Positions 37,251 to 51,199 of a stretch of DNA of 63,779 nucleotides are shown in pieces. Made by a program: the position numbers and the translations under genes. The notes below the pieces were generated by a model, which was given only the letters and a program-made list of their open reading frames with translations, had not been told where the DNA came from and searched no databases. The stretch is from Chara braunii (lineage: Eukaryota; Plantae; Charophyceae): contig BFEA01000006.1 of NCBI GenBank assembly GCA_003427395.1, forward strand, positions 1,730,958 through 1,794,736. The letters run 5' to 3'. Numbering within the stretch: position 1 is the first letter of the stretch; each line of letters starts with the position of its first letter.

Positions 37251-39092
37251 CAGGGTTACCTGACCGAACGTTCGGCGGCCCCCGGGCTGGCCCCCGAATG
37301 TTCGGGCGTTCGGGGTCCCGTTCGGGGGCCGAACACCTCCAGGTTCGGCCCCCTCCAAAACATGTTTCGGGGCTTAAAAATACTTTTTGTTTTGTGAATT
37401 TTTTTTTGTGAGTTTTCTAAGATGTAACCTACACGCCTATTAATTTTGAAGTCATTCTGCTAAGCCAAAAAAACATTAAAAATCGTCAGAGATGGGGGTG
37501 TCAAAACATGCTCGCCCACTCACTATTTTGTTTTTTTTCACTTTTAACTTTTTGTTTTCACTTTATTTCGGGGCCTAAAAGATTTTATTATTTTTTGAAA
37601 AACTTTTAATGAGTTATTGATTATGTAAACTACATATCTATAAATTTTNAGAGCATTTGACCAGGCCAAAAAATAATTAAAAATCGGCAAAGATGGCGGT
37701 GTCGAAAAGGTGCTGGCACACTCACTCATTTTAATTCTCCTTTTATTATTTCTTATTTTTATCATAGTGTTTGTTTTCTGTATTTGATTTTTAATTTAAA
37801 TTTGGTAAAGATTTTGGATGTAGTGCCCAGAAAAAGTTGTTTTGTTTATTTTTCTCCATAGCATATTGTTTTTTCGGAATTGTTTGAAAACTTTTTTTTT
37901 TTTTTTTTTTTTTTTTNNNNNNNNNNNNNNNNNNNNNNNNNNNNNNNNNNNNNNNNNNNNNNNNNNNNNNNNNNNNNNNNNNNNNNNNNNNNNNNNNNNN
38001 NNNNNNNNNNNNNNNNNNNNNNNNNNNNNNNNNNNNNNNNNNNNNNNNNNNNNNNNNNNNNNNNNNNNNNNNNNNNNNNNNNNNNNNNNNNNNNNNNNNN
38101 NNNNNNNNNNNNNNNNNNNNNNNNNNNNNNNNNNNNNNNNNNNNNNNNNNNNNNNNNNNNNNNNNNNNNNNNNNNNNNNNNNNNNNNNNNNNNNNNNNNN
38201 NNNNNNNNNNNNNNNNNNNNNNNNNNNNNNNNNNNNNNNNNNNNNNNNNNNNNNNNNNNNNNNNNNNNNNNNNNNNNNNNNNNNNNNNNNNNNNNNNNNN
38301 NNNNNNNNNNNNNNNNNNNNNNNNNNNNNNNNNNNNNNNNNNNNNNNNNNNNNNNNNNNNNNNNNNNNNNNNNNNNNNNNNNNNNNNNNNNNNNNNNNNN
38401 NNNNNNNNNNNNNNNNNNNNNNNNNNNNNNNNNNNNNNNNNNNNNNNNNNNNNNNNNNNNNNNNNNNNNNNNNNNNNNNNNNNNNNNNNNNNNNNNNNNN
38501 NNNNNNNNNNNNNNNNNNNNNNNNNNNNNNNNNNNNNNNNNNNNNNNNNNNNNNNNNNNNNNNNNNNNNNNNNNNNNNNNNNNNNNNNNNNNNNNNNNNN
38601 NNNNNNNNNNNNNNNNNNNNNNNNNNNNNNNNNNNNNNNNNNNNNNNNNNNNNNNNNNNNNNNNNNNNNNNNNNNNNNNNNNNNNNNNNNNNNNNNNNNN
38701 NNNNNNNNNNNNNNNNNNNNNNNNNNNNNNNNNNNNNNNNNNNNNNNNNNNNNNNNNNNNNNNNNNNNNNNNNNNNNNNNNNNNNNAAACAAAAAGTTAA
38801 AAGTGAAAAAAAACAAAATAGTGAGTGGGCGAGCATGTTTTGACACCCCCATCTTTGACGATTTTTAATGTTTTTTTGGCTCAGCAGAATGACTTCAAAA
38901 TTTATAGGCGTGTAGGTTACATCATAGAGAACGCACAAAAACAAATTCAGAAAAAAAAAGTTATTTTAGGCCCCGAAAACGTTTTTGGCGGGGGCCGAAC
39001 CTGGAGGTGTTTGGCCCCCGAACGGGACCCCGAACGCCCGAACGTTCGGGGGCCAGCCCAGGGGGCCCCGAACGTTCGGTCATGTAACCCTG
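37251..39092. mobile_element. Further inverted pair of the CCGAAC-rich non-autonomous transposon (spans a gap)
   Basis: TA|CAGGGTTAC...GTAACCCTG|TA. Same family as 28242-29715; other fragments at ~22430-22518, 36759-36893 and 39100-39445. Confidence 0.75.
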
Positions 39093-39297
39093 TACAGATG
39101 TATAAATTTTCATGGCATTTGTCGAAGCCAAACAAAAATGAAAAATCGCCAAAGATGGTGGTGTCAAAAACGTGGTCGCCCACTCAATAATTTTATTGTT
39201 ATTATTTATTTTTCATGTTTAATTTTTATTTCAAATTTGGTAATCAATTTGGATGTAACGTTGGGGCAAATGTTGTTCAGTTTATTTTTCTGCTAAA

Positions 39298-39358
<61 letters not shown>

Positions 39359-39789
39359 TCCACGTTCGGTTAATTGACCGAACGCGTCGAGACGGGGTCC
39401 CGAACGTTCGAGCGTCCGGGTTCGAGCGTTTAGTCCGTCCCAACAATGATTTTATCCAAACTTGGAAGCAATTTATATAGTAGAGATCATACTAACTAAT
39501 TGCAAAAGCGTAACTATAAAAAAATATATATAAAAAACAGCGAGGAAAAAATACACTTTCAAGAGACCTCGTCAACATTTAGTTTCAGAAATCTTGCGAA
39601 ATGTCAAAAATCTCAGCAGAAGAAATTCAAATCCTCAAAGTAAGACCAAATTTGATACACCCAAACCTTGAACCAAAACAGAACCAGAAAAAAAAAAAAA
39701 AAAAAAATTCCACAAAATTTGATCCCTAAACCCTAATTTCAGTTTATAGGTCTGTTGCATCAGGATCTGGAAATGAGGGTTCCCATTAA

Positions 39790-40522
39790 CCATTGGTGCT
39801 TTCTCTCCCTCTCTGCTCCTACGATTTCCAAACGATAAAAAGTGACAATATCATCCACTGAAATCGAAAAAACACAAAACCTTTGATAAAAAGGAAAATA
39901 TTATTTTTAAGAAAGACAAGGTACGTAGTACTTTGAGTCATAAATGGTATATTAAGGGCAAAAACACTACGTACCTCTGCTTTCTCTCTCTTTCTCCCTC
40001 TCTCACACACACACACATAGACACACACACACACTCCTGCATCCCACACAGCTCCACATTGTCAAACACACACTCACACACACTGAGTCCAGTATATTGT
40101 AAAATGGCGACAATGCAATATCTTTAAAAAAAAATCGATGACTACAACCACTGTTATATACTTAAGGGGAGGGTGAGAAGGGTAAGGAGGGGAAGGGGTG
40201 CGACTAGTGTGTGATGAATAAGAATATATATATATATTTTTTGGTTCTTTCATTTTTGTTTACAAACACAAAATATACAGATGGTTAGCATCAAATATTC
40301 AATTCCCAACAGATGATCAATACATTACCAATATATTATCAACATGTAGCCAACATAGTAAGGCTCACATACATATATATATCTACCAATGTTGACTTCC
40401 TTTAGATCTCCTACAACCACATAAGAACCCGTATAAAAACAGATGAAAAAATGAAGCAACCACCAGATATACATAAACCCCTATGATAAACTCAATAATT
40501 TTAAGGCTGTATTTTTTCTGTT
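39790..40522 (+). repeat. Dispersed repeat with an inverted copy at 51829-52745
   Basis: Collinear reverse-complement match ending at TTTTTTCTGTTG / CAACAGAAAAAA. The AAGGTACGTAGTACTTT module recurs near 27990, 35160 and 35730. Confidence 0.8.
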
Positions 40523-43279
40523 GAAGGGAGGGGTTGCCGGTCCCTTGCGCCACCAAGAAGGAGAAAGGAAAACCCTTGAGGATTTGGGAAGACAAAGTCA
40601 TTAAGAAAGTGGGAGAGTGAGAGTTTGGCACAAGGTCAGTTGACTCAACCATTTCCCCCGAGTGCATGACTAAAGAAAAGGTATGGCTTGACTGTGGAAA
40701 AGGAGGGAAAGTCGAAAGAACCATGGAAGGGAAAAAACTTAGGCTTGCGGGAAGGTCAATGCGTTGACCCCAGTAGGGGATTGTATCGATCTTTGTTTTG
40801 TATGGGATTATGCAGGTGAGTAGCTTGGAATGACTTGAGCGGGACTGGGTCAGGGGTACGCAGGCGAAAGGGGAGAAAGAGGATCGGATAGGAGGGCCTT
40901 AGGCTCTAGGGTAAACTCCAACGCGGCGGGCCTTCGTATAGGGTGCTTTGGAAAAATAAAATCGGAAAAGGGGTATGGCATTGCATGATGAACGCGTGTA
41001 TGAATTCTTTGTATGCAATATGGAGGTCCGAAAGGACTAAGGGCAGGCAGCGGAGTTATGCATGGGATGCATGGACCAAAAAAATATATATATATAGGGG
41101 CTAGGGGAAGGACGGCGCGGCTGCACCCCAATGATGTCGTGAGACTGTTGTGTTATTAGAAAAATGGTGCGTGGCCTAAGGATGACGCTTAACCTACGCA
41201 CAAAAGAAGAAAAAGTCTCAATAAAACCCCCCTGGACTACTTGTGTATTGGAAGGAGCAATTGCCTGGCCACATCTAAATGAATCAAGAAAGCGCCGCGA
41301 GTCACCATAAAGCTACCATCTAGCGCGAGAGCGGAGCTACATCCCCAATGTCAAAACTCTCTCGCAAACGGCCTATCCCCATCCATTTCATAGCACTAGG
41401 TGGGGGTGCCCCTGTGAGAAACGCTCCGCGCCTTGAGCTTGAGCGTGGGTGGAGCAGAGCCAACCGGGACCCGCAGTGGGGTCGACACAGGCTCAAAAGT
41501 CTATCAAGGTACGACCCTAAAATGTTCAGGGAATTCACGAGCAAAATGGGGTGGAAGAAAACAAAAGAGATTAAATAATCTAAAAACAAATCTAAATAAG
41601 AAAAATCTAAGGTCAATCTGAAAGAAGGAATCTAAAAAAAAATTAAAAACAAAGAAGAAAAGAAAATCGAAAGAAAAAGAAAAGAAAAAAAACTTCAGCA
41701 GAAGAAAAAACGGTCGCCCGTTTTCACGGGCGACTGTCTAATGCACTAGGGCTTGAAACGCCCCAGACACTTCTTATAACGCCACCCGATGCTTCCCATC
41801 TTAGTTAGTTTTTTGTTTTGTTTTCCCCTAAATGCGTTGGCTTATGCCAACGTTCATTATCACTTGGTTTTTCAGCCACTTCTTCTGAAATGCAGACCTG
41901 AGTTCGAGTCCTTCAGGACTTTTATTGATTTGTGCGTGTCATCCTTGTGCATGGCCTGTCTCGGCCTCGCGCGGCTAATTGCAGTCGTGAGATCTCGCGG
42001 ATCGCACGACAATCGACCGCGCCGGGATACTCCTCCGCAATGGCCAACCCCAAAAGAGCTAACCCAGTTGGGCATAGTCGGATTTGTCACCTGCATCTTC
42101 TGCATGACAGTCTACTGTGTTTACCTACTGGGCTAGCTCCTTTTACAAGAGCAGAAACAACAACCCTTCTATTTGAATGGTTGTGCCCAGTAGGCCGCCC
42201 CCCACCTGTGGCTCAGCAGGCTTCGCCTACCTAGGTGATTTGCCCCGACAACGGTAACCTCTTCACCGTAAAAGCTCGAAGAGAAATCAGATTTCAAGAT
42301 GGTGAGAGGTCAAAGTTAATGGCAGACGAGAAAATTGAGAGATAATCCTTCTTAAATTTTATTTGGTGGCTGACAGAGCGACCTGGTTTACTAGAAACAT
42401 GCATCCCCGGCCTCGAGGTATTCAAACTCTTAAGCTTGGGACGCTATGAAGTATGGAATAGATTGAGAAATTAAGAGAAGGGGAAGACTCAGAAGTACAA
42501 GGACAAGACATCGTGCTTATGTAAGATATAAAAGAACAAACATTAACTTTATGTGGACCAAAGCAAGAAGAAAGAAAACACAACAGAGGGTGCAACTGTT
42601 GAGTTGGAGCAGAGAGGGAGCCACGCATGAAATAGAGGGTCAAGGAATACGCACTAATGCCTTGGTTGCCACATGGGTGGTAGGCGCTCTAGGGGAGTAT
42701 GGAGGGGAGGAAGTGTTGGGAGAGTAGTAGCGCGCCTTGTTCTTCTTCTTGTACTATTCCATCCTCGTTGGGGATGGAGTCCTCTCGTACCATTCGGGGA
42801 ATGAATGGCGTGGGTAGGCCCTTGAGTGGGTCCCATACCCATACCCATACCTCTCCTCTTCCTCCTCCGAGGTGACGTGTTGTCTGGCACGTGGTGTAGG
42901 CTCCTCAGGAGCTTTTCCTCCTCTTCCACCTCTCCCTCTTCCATGTCCTCTACGTGCCTCGGGCATGGTGCAAGAAGAGTTGAAAAGAAAAGAGACGCGC
43001 GGTGATGGGGATCGAGACTGAGGGGGCACTGCAAGAGTAAGAGGAGTATACTACTAAAGAATAAAAAGAGGAACGACTATGGATCACGCAGATCGGTTGC
43101 CCGGTGAAAGAGGAAAAGTGTGCTGCAAAAAAAGAAAAGTGCTAGTGCAGGTCCGCTCTGTGAGAACCTCACTGTGATATGCAGTGAAAATGAATGAAAG
43201 TATAAACAATTGCCTTTCTTTTATACTGCCCACTGCCTCGTTTTGGCCCAGCGGGGACGCTGGGCGGGGGTTTGGTATC

Positions 43280-46017
43280 ATGACGGAGGGCGCGGTATCC
43301 CGGCCCTCCGCTGAGTACCCAATACCTACTCAAGGACCCGCTACTTACATGTTACCAGCTCGGGGACCTGTGTGCCACATGGACCTTCTCGGGGTACTGC
43401 CAATGGATTTCTGCAGTGCGCCAAGCATACCCAAGGCGGCGCTCTGCTGCAGGCCAGTTCAGTTGGCGCTTCCCGTAGCAAAAAAGGGGGTGCACCACTG
43501 GACTCTCCTTTGGTCCACGCAGGCTTGGTGCCCTATTGTACGGCAGAGCACTACTGGCCTGTGGCCACGGTAGTCGTCGGGCTCACCCAGGGACACGAAG
43601 GTAGAGGGACTGGTGCGGTCTTTTCTACCGCGCGCCAAGTGTCTCTTAGCTAGGTTATGGGTTAGATGCACAAGCTTGCTGTCACATTCGAACAAGAGAA
43701 GATTAGGGAAGGAAAAGGAAAAGAAAATAAAAAAGTGAAAGGGAGTTATGTGTCAGATTTGCGCGTTGATCTGAACTCGCCTTAGTTGGGATGATCCAGC
43801 GGCTTCAGACCGCAGCGACGTTATAATTCTCTTCCTTCTCTTATTTTTGTTGCTATTATTATTAATTTTATTAGTTGATTCTTCAGACGCTGCTTCCACT
43901 TTCAACTTTTCGTCACTTCGTGGGAAGGAGTGCAAACGGGGTTCGATTTCAAACTCCGATTGGAACTCGGTGGCCTAGACTGGCCGGACCCTTCGCTTAT
44001 CACCCTATGGCTGACCTGTCTGGCTGAGCGCTGCACAGTGGGACCCCAAAAGAGGGGCAACCCCTGACCGCATTGGTAGGAGGCTTATCACCTCCCGCGG
44101 AAGGTCATGAGCCCCCTCCTTACCATCGAACACGGACACTCAATAGGAGTAGACCAATGGCGTGTTTCGAAGGGAAGAGTATGCTCGTCGGTATCCCGTT
44201 ATGGGACCACTGCTTCGGGCCTGTAGTCACTTCACGAGGACTAGCGGTTGGCAGTAGCGCAGTGAGTTTGCTCGTGCCCTGACCGTCGAGATTTGGCCCC
44301 GCGCTTTTCTTAAATTGTTTGATTTACTTTATTTTATTATTTCTGGAACTCTATATTGTTAATGTGAAGAATTTGAAAACCGTCAAGGGGCTATTTGGAT
44401 TTTTGATTTAGAACGCAGGGATCTCGATAAGTAGCGATCCTATAAAAAGTGAGGGGGGATAAGTCAATTGGCTATTGGATTGTCGGTGAAGGCCAGACGC
44501 GCTCCCCACTTTCTAAGAGTTGGGACACTGGCCCCGGCCAGCTGCTTGGTAATATCCCGTCTGCACTATGAGCTCTGGCAGAGAATGGCACGTAGAGTGG
44601 TGCGCTATTCGAGGTTGACGGCCTGATACCGTGCAGTCTATCGAACGAAGTCTGACTATGATGCGTAGCAATGGCCTTTTCGGCTGTAGGCCAAGCCATT
44701 TGAGGTTCTACTGAAGATGGGAGTCTATGTGTGAAGAGGGGGCTACAGTGGACGCTTGCCTGAGCTACAGTAAAAGTGACTGGCTGGCAAGACTAAAAAT
44801 AAACGTCTACGGATGGAAAGAATAGGAGATGAGGGAGGATGAGAAAGTGCAGGGGGTAGTCACCGAGGCTCGCAACCGAGCCGAACGGAGGTGCAGGAGG
44901 GATGGGGTGACTATGGCCCTGAAGGTTACGATCACTTACCATGAAGAGGCGACCTCCACGAGTACTACCAAGCGAGAGCAACAAGAACTAGACCGAGACT
45001 CAGAGGCCGAGTCTGAGGAAAGCGACGCTTAGACCCAGTCCTGGCAAGGACTGGTGCAGTGGAGAAAAAAACATCCATCGGCCGAGTCAGTAGAGGACGG
45101 GCCCGAGGCTACTTCGAGTCAGCGGAGGGATTGAGACTGTGAGCAACAGTTATGTGCGGTCGGTGTAAAGCCGCAAAAGAAGAAAAAGGAGGAGAGTGAC
45201 GGGCATGCACAGTGAGAGTCGGAGTAGAGAGAAGGCTATTCGCGCCCGCGTGGCTCTGTTGATGACGCCAATTCCGAGCGAGTTACGGTCGTGACGCGTA
45301 CGTACTCGGCGGATGGGTCGAGACACGGGCACACTAGTGAAGGTTGACGCCAATAGCCCTCCTGCCCTATCTGTATTTTGATGAAGTCCATCAAGCCTAC
45401 TCGGGAGATAACGAGATGAGAGAGAGACAGAGTCCACGCGAGGTGGCTACGAAGAGACACACACGAAAGTCAGACGTGCTCTGAAGGAAGGTCGTCTCAA
45501 TTTTTTTTCGTTTGTTGACGTCTTGGGATATTACGCCTCGCGCAATTACGGCCAAGGACATAAGCACTCGTGCTTGGACTGGTTGTGATCATAGTAGTCT
45601 TCTCAAAATGTGCGGATAGAGACTAGGTGTGTGTGCTTTGTGCTGTATATGTATGATTAACGTGAACTTGCGTTAACCATCGTCGACGCAGAAATGATAA
45701 GGAGTTGTGCATGTCGGAGAAAGCTATTACTTCAAGAAAGTGGGATCAAGACAATGCCTGCAAGGGGGGGGGGTATTCAGAAGCAGTAAAGTTAGTGACG
45801 ATGAAGATTGAGGGGCAAGCCACGCTACGGCCGTCGGTGAGTCCGGAGCGAACGAGAAGTGAGAAGGAGCTGACCATCCATTCAGACGACATACGATGAT
45901 TAGAGCGGTGCGACCACGTAAGAGGGGAGCTTACTCTGAGAGAGAGAGAGAGNNNNNNNNNNNNNNNNNNNNNNNNNNNNNNNNNNNNNNNNNNNNNNNN
46001 NNNNNNNNNNNNNNNNN

Positions 46018-46091
<74 letters not shown>

Positions 46092-49000
46092 CAGTGTTTT
46101 TGTTGTTGAGGTCGGCCCTCGACAGTCATATCAAAAGAGAAGAGGTCATAATCAAGAAAGGGAGTACATGAGAAGCGAGGACGAGGTCGTCTTGGGAGCT
46201 GTTGAGGTCATTTAATAATCGCAACGTCGGTAGCTTGGTTGGGCGCTGGCTCGGAGTGTTGGGTGGCGGTTAGAGTAAGATCCTCCCGTGCGACCTGGAC
46301 CATTGTCATGTCCTCCGTGATACGCAGGCATAAAAAAGGGACGAGTATTCTCACCTGAGATGCTAGTGTGACGGCGGCTGCACATATTTGGCGCCCTGTA
46401 TTGACAACCGTCCTGCATCACGCTTCACTAGGACCGAAGCATGCTCAATTGTACAGGGGTGTGAATTGGCAGACATCCCCTTTGCCACCGTACTCTGGTT
46501 GTCAAACACCATTTGTGCTACTGAGTGATATCAGTTTTTGGTTCGTGCGCGCGCTTGGGGGTTTTACTAGCCAGTGTGTGATTTATAACAAACAGGAGCG
46601 AGAAGATAATGACCGTACGTCAACCGGTTTAATAGTCGAAGTTAGACAAGGGAACTAAGCATGCAAGGTGGACTATGAGCGTCCGTCGAGGTTCTTCGTG
46701 GTTTAATCTACACTCGAAGAGGCGACTTTGCAGCTAATTTCAATATGAAAAGCAGGTGTGGAGGTCAAGTATCAGCTAAGTATACTTGGGACATGAATTG
46801 CTCTAACGTTGTTGGGAGCTAAGGGGAATCTTTTAGTTGACCATCACTCCGAAGGACTTTAATTGGGCCAGAGCAATTGTCTCATTATCCCCTTCAGCCC
46901 AAGTTTTCCCTTAAAGAATTACTGTTGGGATAAAGGAAACGTCGAGATGAGAATGATGAGTGGCTATTAATAATGATGTATTGATGATATATGAAATGAC
47001 TGTGAGTTTCGATTGGGGGAACCTGGTCTGGCGTGGACTGTTATTCCTGCACGTGGGTTTTGACTGATGCCCTCTCACTTGTTGCAATGGGGACTGAACG
47101 AACTTGATTGTGAGCTTGCATCATCGTCTCGTAATCATGGGGTGGGGGGACCTTAATGAGAATTCCCTTTTGATTATTAGTTTGGAATAAGCAGGCTCCT
47201 TATTAAGATAAATCACTTAAGTTCACAACGAGTTTTCGCCTCTTAGTTGATGAGCAGGCGAAAGTCGGTCTTGTGAAAGGTAGCATACCTTTTGGCCAAA
47301 TATTTGCTTTATGGGGATTAGTGAGCTCTTTGTCACGGTTTGACCTTGATCGGAAGAAGGACGAAGGGGCATGATCGAAACTAATTTTACTCGGGTACTA
47401 ACCAAAGAGTGATAATTGAAAGTGTGTGTATCTGATGAAGTTTTACGTCGATCATGCTTTGACAGTTGAAACTCCATCAGGGTTAAAACCTATCTCTATG
47501 GGGGTCAGTCCCTTTTCGCGCCAACCCGTTGGCTTCAACAGTGGAGCACGGAAACCTAAAGCAACATTTTTGCGAACGTATACGCGTGTATTTGTTTATA
47601 CAAAAAAAATGTACAACTCTCAACCCCCGCCTGCTCATGGTATATACTCGTTAGACCATGGGAACATACTCGCGTATCTATGTAATGCGTGAGCAGGGCG
47701 TAAAGTGAGTAAAGTTCCCCACAAAGTTTGAGTGAGTAATGTTGAGGTAGCCTCATCGTGGGCGGCAACTCGTGTTGTGGTAGACGAGGCAGCACTCCGT
47801 AGTCAACAAATGAGACTTACGCTACTTTGGAGTCTTGCCGCCCTCTATGACATTTGTTAACGATCTGTGTGGAGTCCCTTTGCTCCACTACTCATATGAG
47901 CCTCTCTATGATAAGTAGTACACCCAGTACGCTATCCTGGTAAGGTCGTCAAATTAAATTGGTGATCGAGTCCGGAAAGCTACTAGTTACCTCGGATACT
48001 CGAGAGCCATACGACCCAGGGTGGGTCATGGCAAGTACAGTGGGCCAACCTTGTAGCCTGAGTACATCATAAATACACATCCCCGATTAGGACAAACTTC
48101 ATAATAATTCCTAATTATTTGTAGATTTTAAATACATCCAGCCGCTTGAAAATCCTGTCTTGCAGCGACCCCCACCGTCCGAGGACAGATCATGGTCCGG
48201 CTTAACTGAGTCAGAACCGCTCCCGACATCTCCGTAAAATCTTGAAGTATAGATTGTATGTTTGAGCATCCGAGGTACTGAGTTAGAGTTGTAGGGTTGA
48301 GTAAGGGTTTGTCCCTTACTTGGTCTTGTCGCTCCAGGGTTAAACCGTTTCTCATAACGAGTGACCTTCCCCATATAGGAATGGTCGAATGCTCTTGGGT
48401 TTGCATTGAGCACATAATACTCAGGTAGATTCAAGGGGTCTCGGGCCTCTGCGAACTACGAATATTCCTTGTACTTAAGCCCAAACTAGAAAATGTGCTG
48501 GATTTTAAGTTTAGAGTTTGCCATGCCGAATGGGATCGTGCACTGGTGATGGGCCTATCTGATCTCTCTGCGGACTGAAACATAACGAACCCCGACAATG
48601 AATGATCATAAGTGAGCCTAAAGAACATAAGAAAACTCACACGTGAGCTCAATTTCTATCATTCTATAACACCTCCAGGGGAAAATTGTCTCCTATGTTT
48701 CTGCAAGTCGACTTTTGGAGATGATTATCCTACTGCCTCCGTCGATTCGTTTGCGGGAGATCCCCATTTGCTTTACTCAGTACTTGATCTAATCTCAATC
48801 TTAATATCAAATTAGCCCGTAGATACGATTCGGTCGTCTTCGACTCTTGAAACAATAATGAATGCCTCAACAAATCACTATCTGGTGGCGGTTAGCCTGC
48901 AGAACGGACCCATCTTAATGCTTGAACAACCGTTGCACTGGAGTTAAAAATACTCAGCAGTTACAAGACGCTCAAACCAACTTCGACAACCCCGAGTTAA

Positions 49001-50447
49001 GAAAAGTCCCCTGCTTCGTGTGTGAAGCTCACTAAGCATATTTGCAAGTTATCCTATCCGCGGTCTGGTTGATTGGAAGTGCAACAAAATTATGAAGAGG
49101 AAAGGGATTCTCGTAATAAAATACAGTTTGAGCAGAGATAAGAAGAAGGGATGGGAAGAAGAAGCATGTCGAGACATGGTCTTGCATAGACAAATTCAGA
49201 GGGAGCAGGCAGTCCAGATAGTCAAGGAAGAGAAACATATCGAGTATGTAGCCTACTTTTATAGCCACGATGGCAAGCTGTATAATGCAGGTTCATTTCC
49301 AGAGACGGTGGAGCAGACCAGGGCAATGCTCATGTGAACGCATGCATACTTTGTTTCCTCTCCTGAGATACCCAGCAACACTTCAAATATTAAACACCAA
49401 CCAATAAACAAACAACTCTCTTAGCGTTCCGCAGTTAAGTGACTAGTGTTCAGTGACTTATTATCCTAACATCATCCAATCATCTGAGTTGCTATAAAGC
49501 CTCAATCGATAGTCAATCAACTTTCAATCAACAATCAGTCAACACTCAATCAGTACTCAATTAACATTAATTCATCCGAGGTACGCGAAACTCCCTGTCA
49601 GAATCAAGCAGCCATCGTTTATCCTATTTTGCCTCATCAGATATATAAGCATTACACACATAGAAAAGCGGAGAGATCAGTTCCAACAACTAGAATCAAC
49701 ACATGAGTGCAATGCAATCATTTTCAACCCAGGAGACTATCATAGTCAGTCTCGACAAGATAACTTTCAACGATGCTTCCAGTACTGGTACATCAGTGCA
49801 ACTGGCTTCAAGCAAGGAGAGTTATTCATCTTTGTAGTTCATACTGAGTTCTCAGAGGGTATTATTCATGACTTGAGACTCTATCTGAAGAAAGTCAGCG
49901 AGACTCATGAGCATTTTGTTTCAGTCTTGGTTTCAACAAAAGAGAAAGAGTTTGATGAGAACGGAACAACGCTGATCCATGGCTTTGGACCAAAGCTCTA
50001 CACAGACTACCCCAAGCCTCCGGTCCCCTTTACTCTCACAGACGGTTCCTGTTGGAGTGATCTTGTGGATCTAGCCAAGAGGTACATTTCACCTGCAGCG
50101 ATCGACTATGAGGCAGTCACCAAACCATCAGAGTTTTAACATCCCAGGCGAGGGATCTTCTCTCAACCATATCTTCCTACTCTATAGGAGGAGTTTTGTG
50201 CTCTGGTTGACTTCCGAATCATGGGACTTGGATGAAAATGCTCGGAACTTGTAGGCTTCAGGTGGCTCAACATCCAGAGACCACAGTCTCAAATAATACA
50301 GAGACATGGCTCAAAGCACAAGAAAACGCACAACAAAATGAGAGATTGAGTGTGTGGTTTAGAGGGATGAGTGAGTTTCTTGACTAGTGCTGACTATGCT
50401 CTCTTCGTGTGTACCTTCTGAGATTATTATGAGTTCTCATTCTTCCC
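43280..50447 (+). mobile_element. Second, diverged and 3'-truncated copy of the ORF-bearing putative LTR
   Basis: Homology blocks 43455-44230, 44740-45130, 49092-49337 (protein level) and 49700-50447 match 13.7-20.5 kb in the same order. Confidence 0.7.
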
Positions 50448-51199
50448 TGGCCGCTTCGAGATATTCCCTCACATCTACGTCCGTTGTCGTCCGGCCCCGT
50501 AGGTGCGGCCTCTCGTTTCATGACGCGCTATGAACATTTCGGTACGCGCGCCCCTCTGCGCACTCCTCCGCCCTGGATCGCATTCATCTACCGACCCTCG
50601 TCAAAACTTCAACCTCGAACCCGGCGCGCAGCGGACCACCGACCTCCCTCCACGGCCAATGCTTCTTAAGGGATAGGATTGTTATTGTTATTATTATTAT
50701 TACTAATTACTGTTTTTATTGTTCTTATTGTTCTTATCCTCTTTGCCTATTGTCGCTTATTTTGATAGGATCGGAAACATGATAAGACATGTGCACATGA
50801 ACCTTGTGTCCGGCTAGAACCATGTCCGGGTTCACATATGTTGATCCGGATCAAGTCCAAGTGCACGCACAATCATCTAGGCGGGAGAACATGAAGATGC
50901 AAGGAAAAAGTAGAGAGAAGGAAGAATGAAGGAGACAAAAAGGAGAATGAAGAAAGAGATAAGGGGAAAGTTTGAGGAAAATGAGAAGAGAGTATAAAGA
51001 CACGAAATAAGAAGATAAACGAGGTTTTTTTCTGATTCTCGTCCTACAAACGTTTGTTTGTACTACCCTCAACTGTTTTATATCTGATGAATATATGGAT
51101 GTAGAATAGTGATACAGAACGGGTGATAAGATAAGGCTCATATATGAGGAACATTCTATTACTCGTCTGTACGTGTATATATATCTTAGATTGTTAGAT

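Noticed and set aside
35691-38944. Long 300-450 aa ORFs in the ORF track
   Set aside because: They are open only because they span N gaps.
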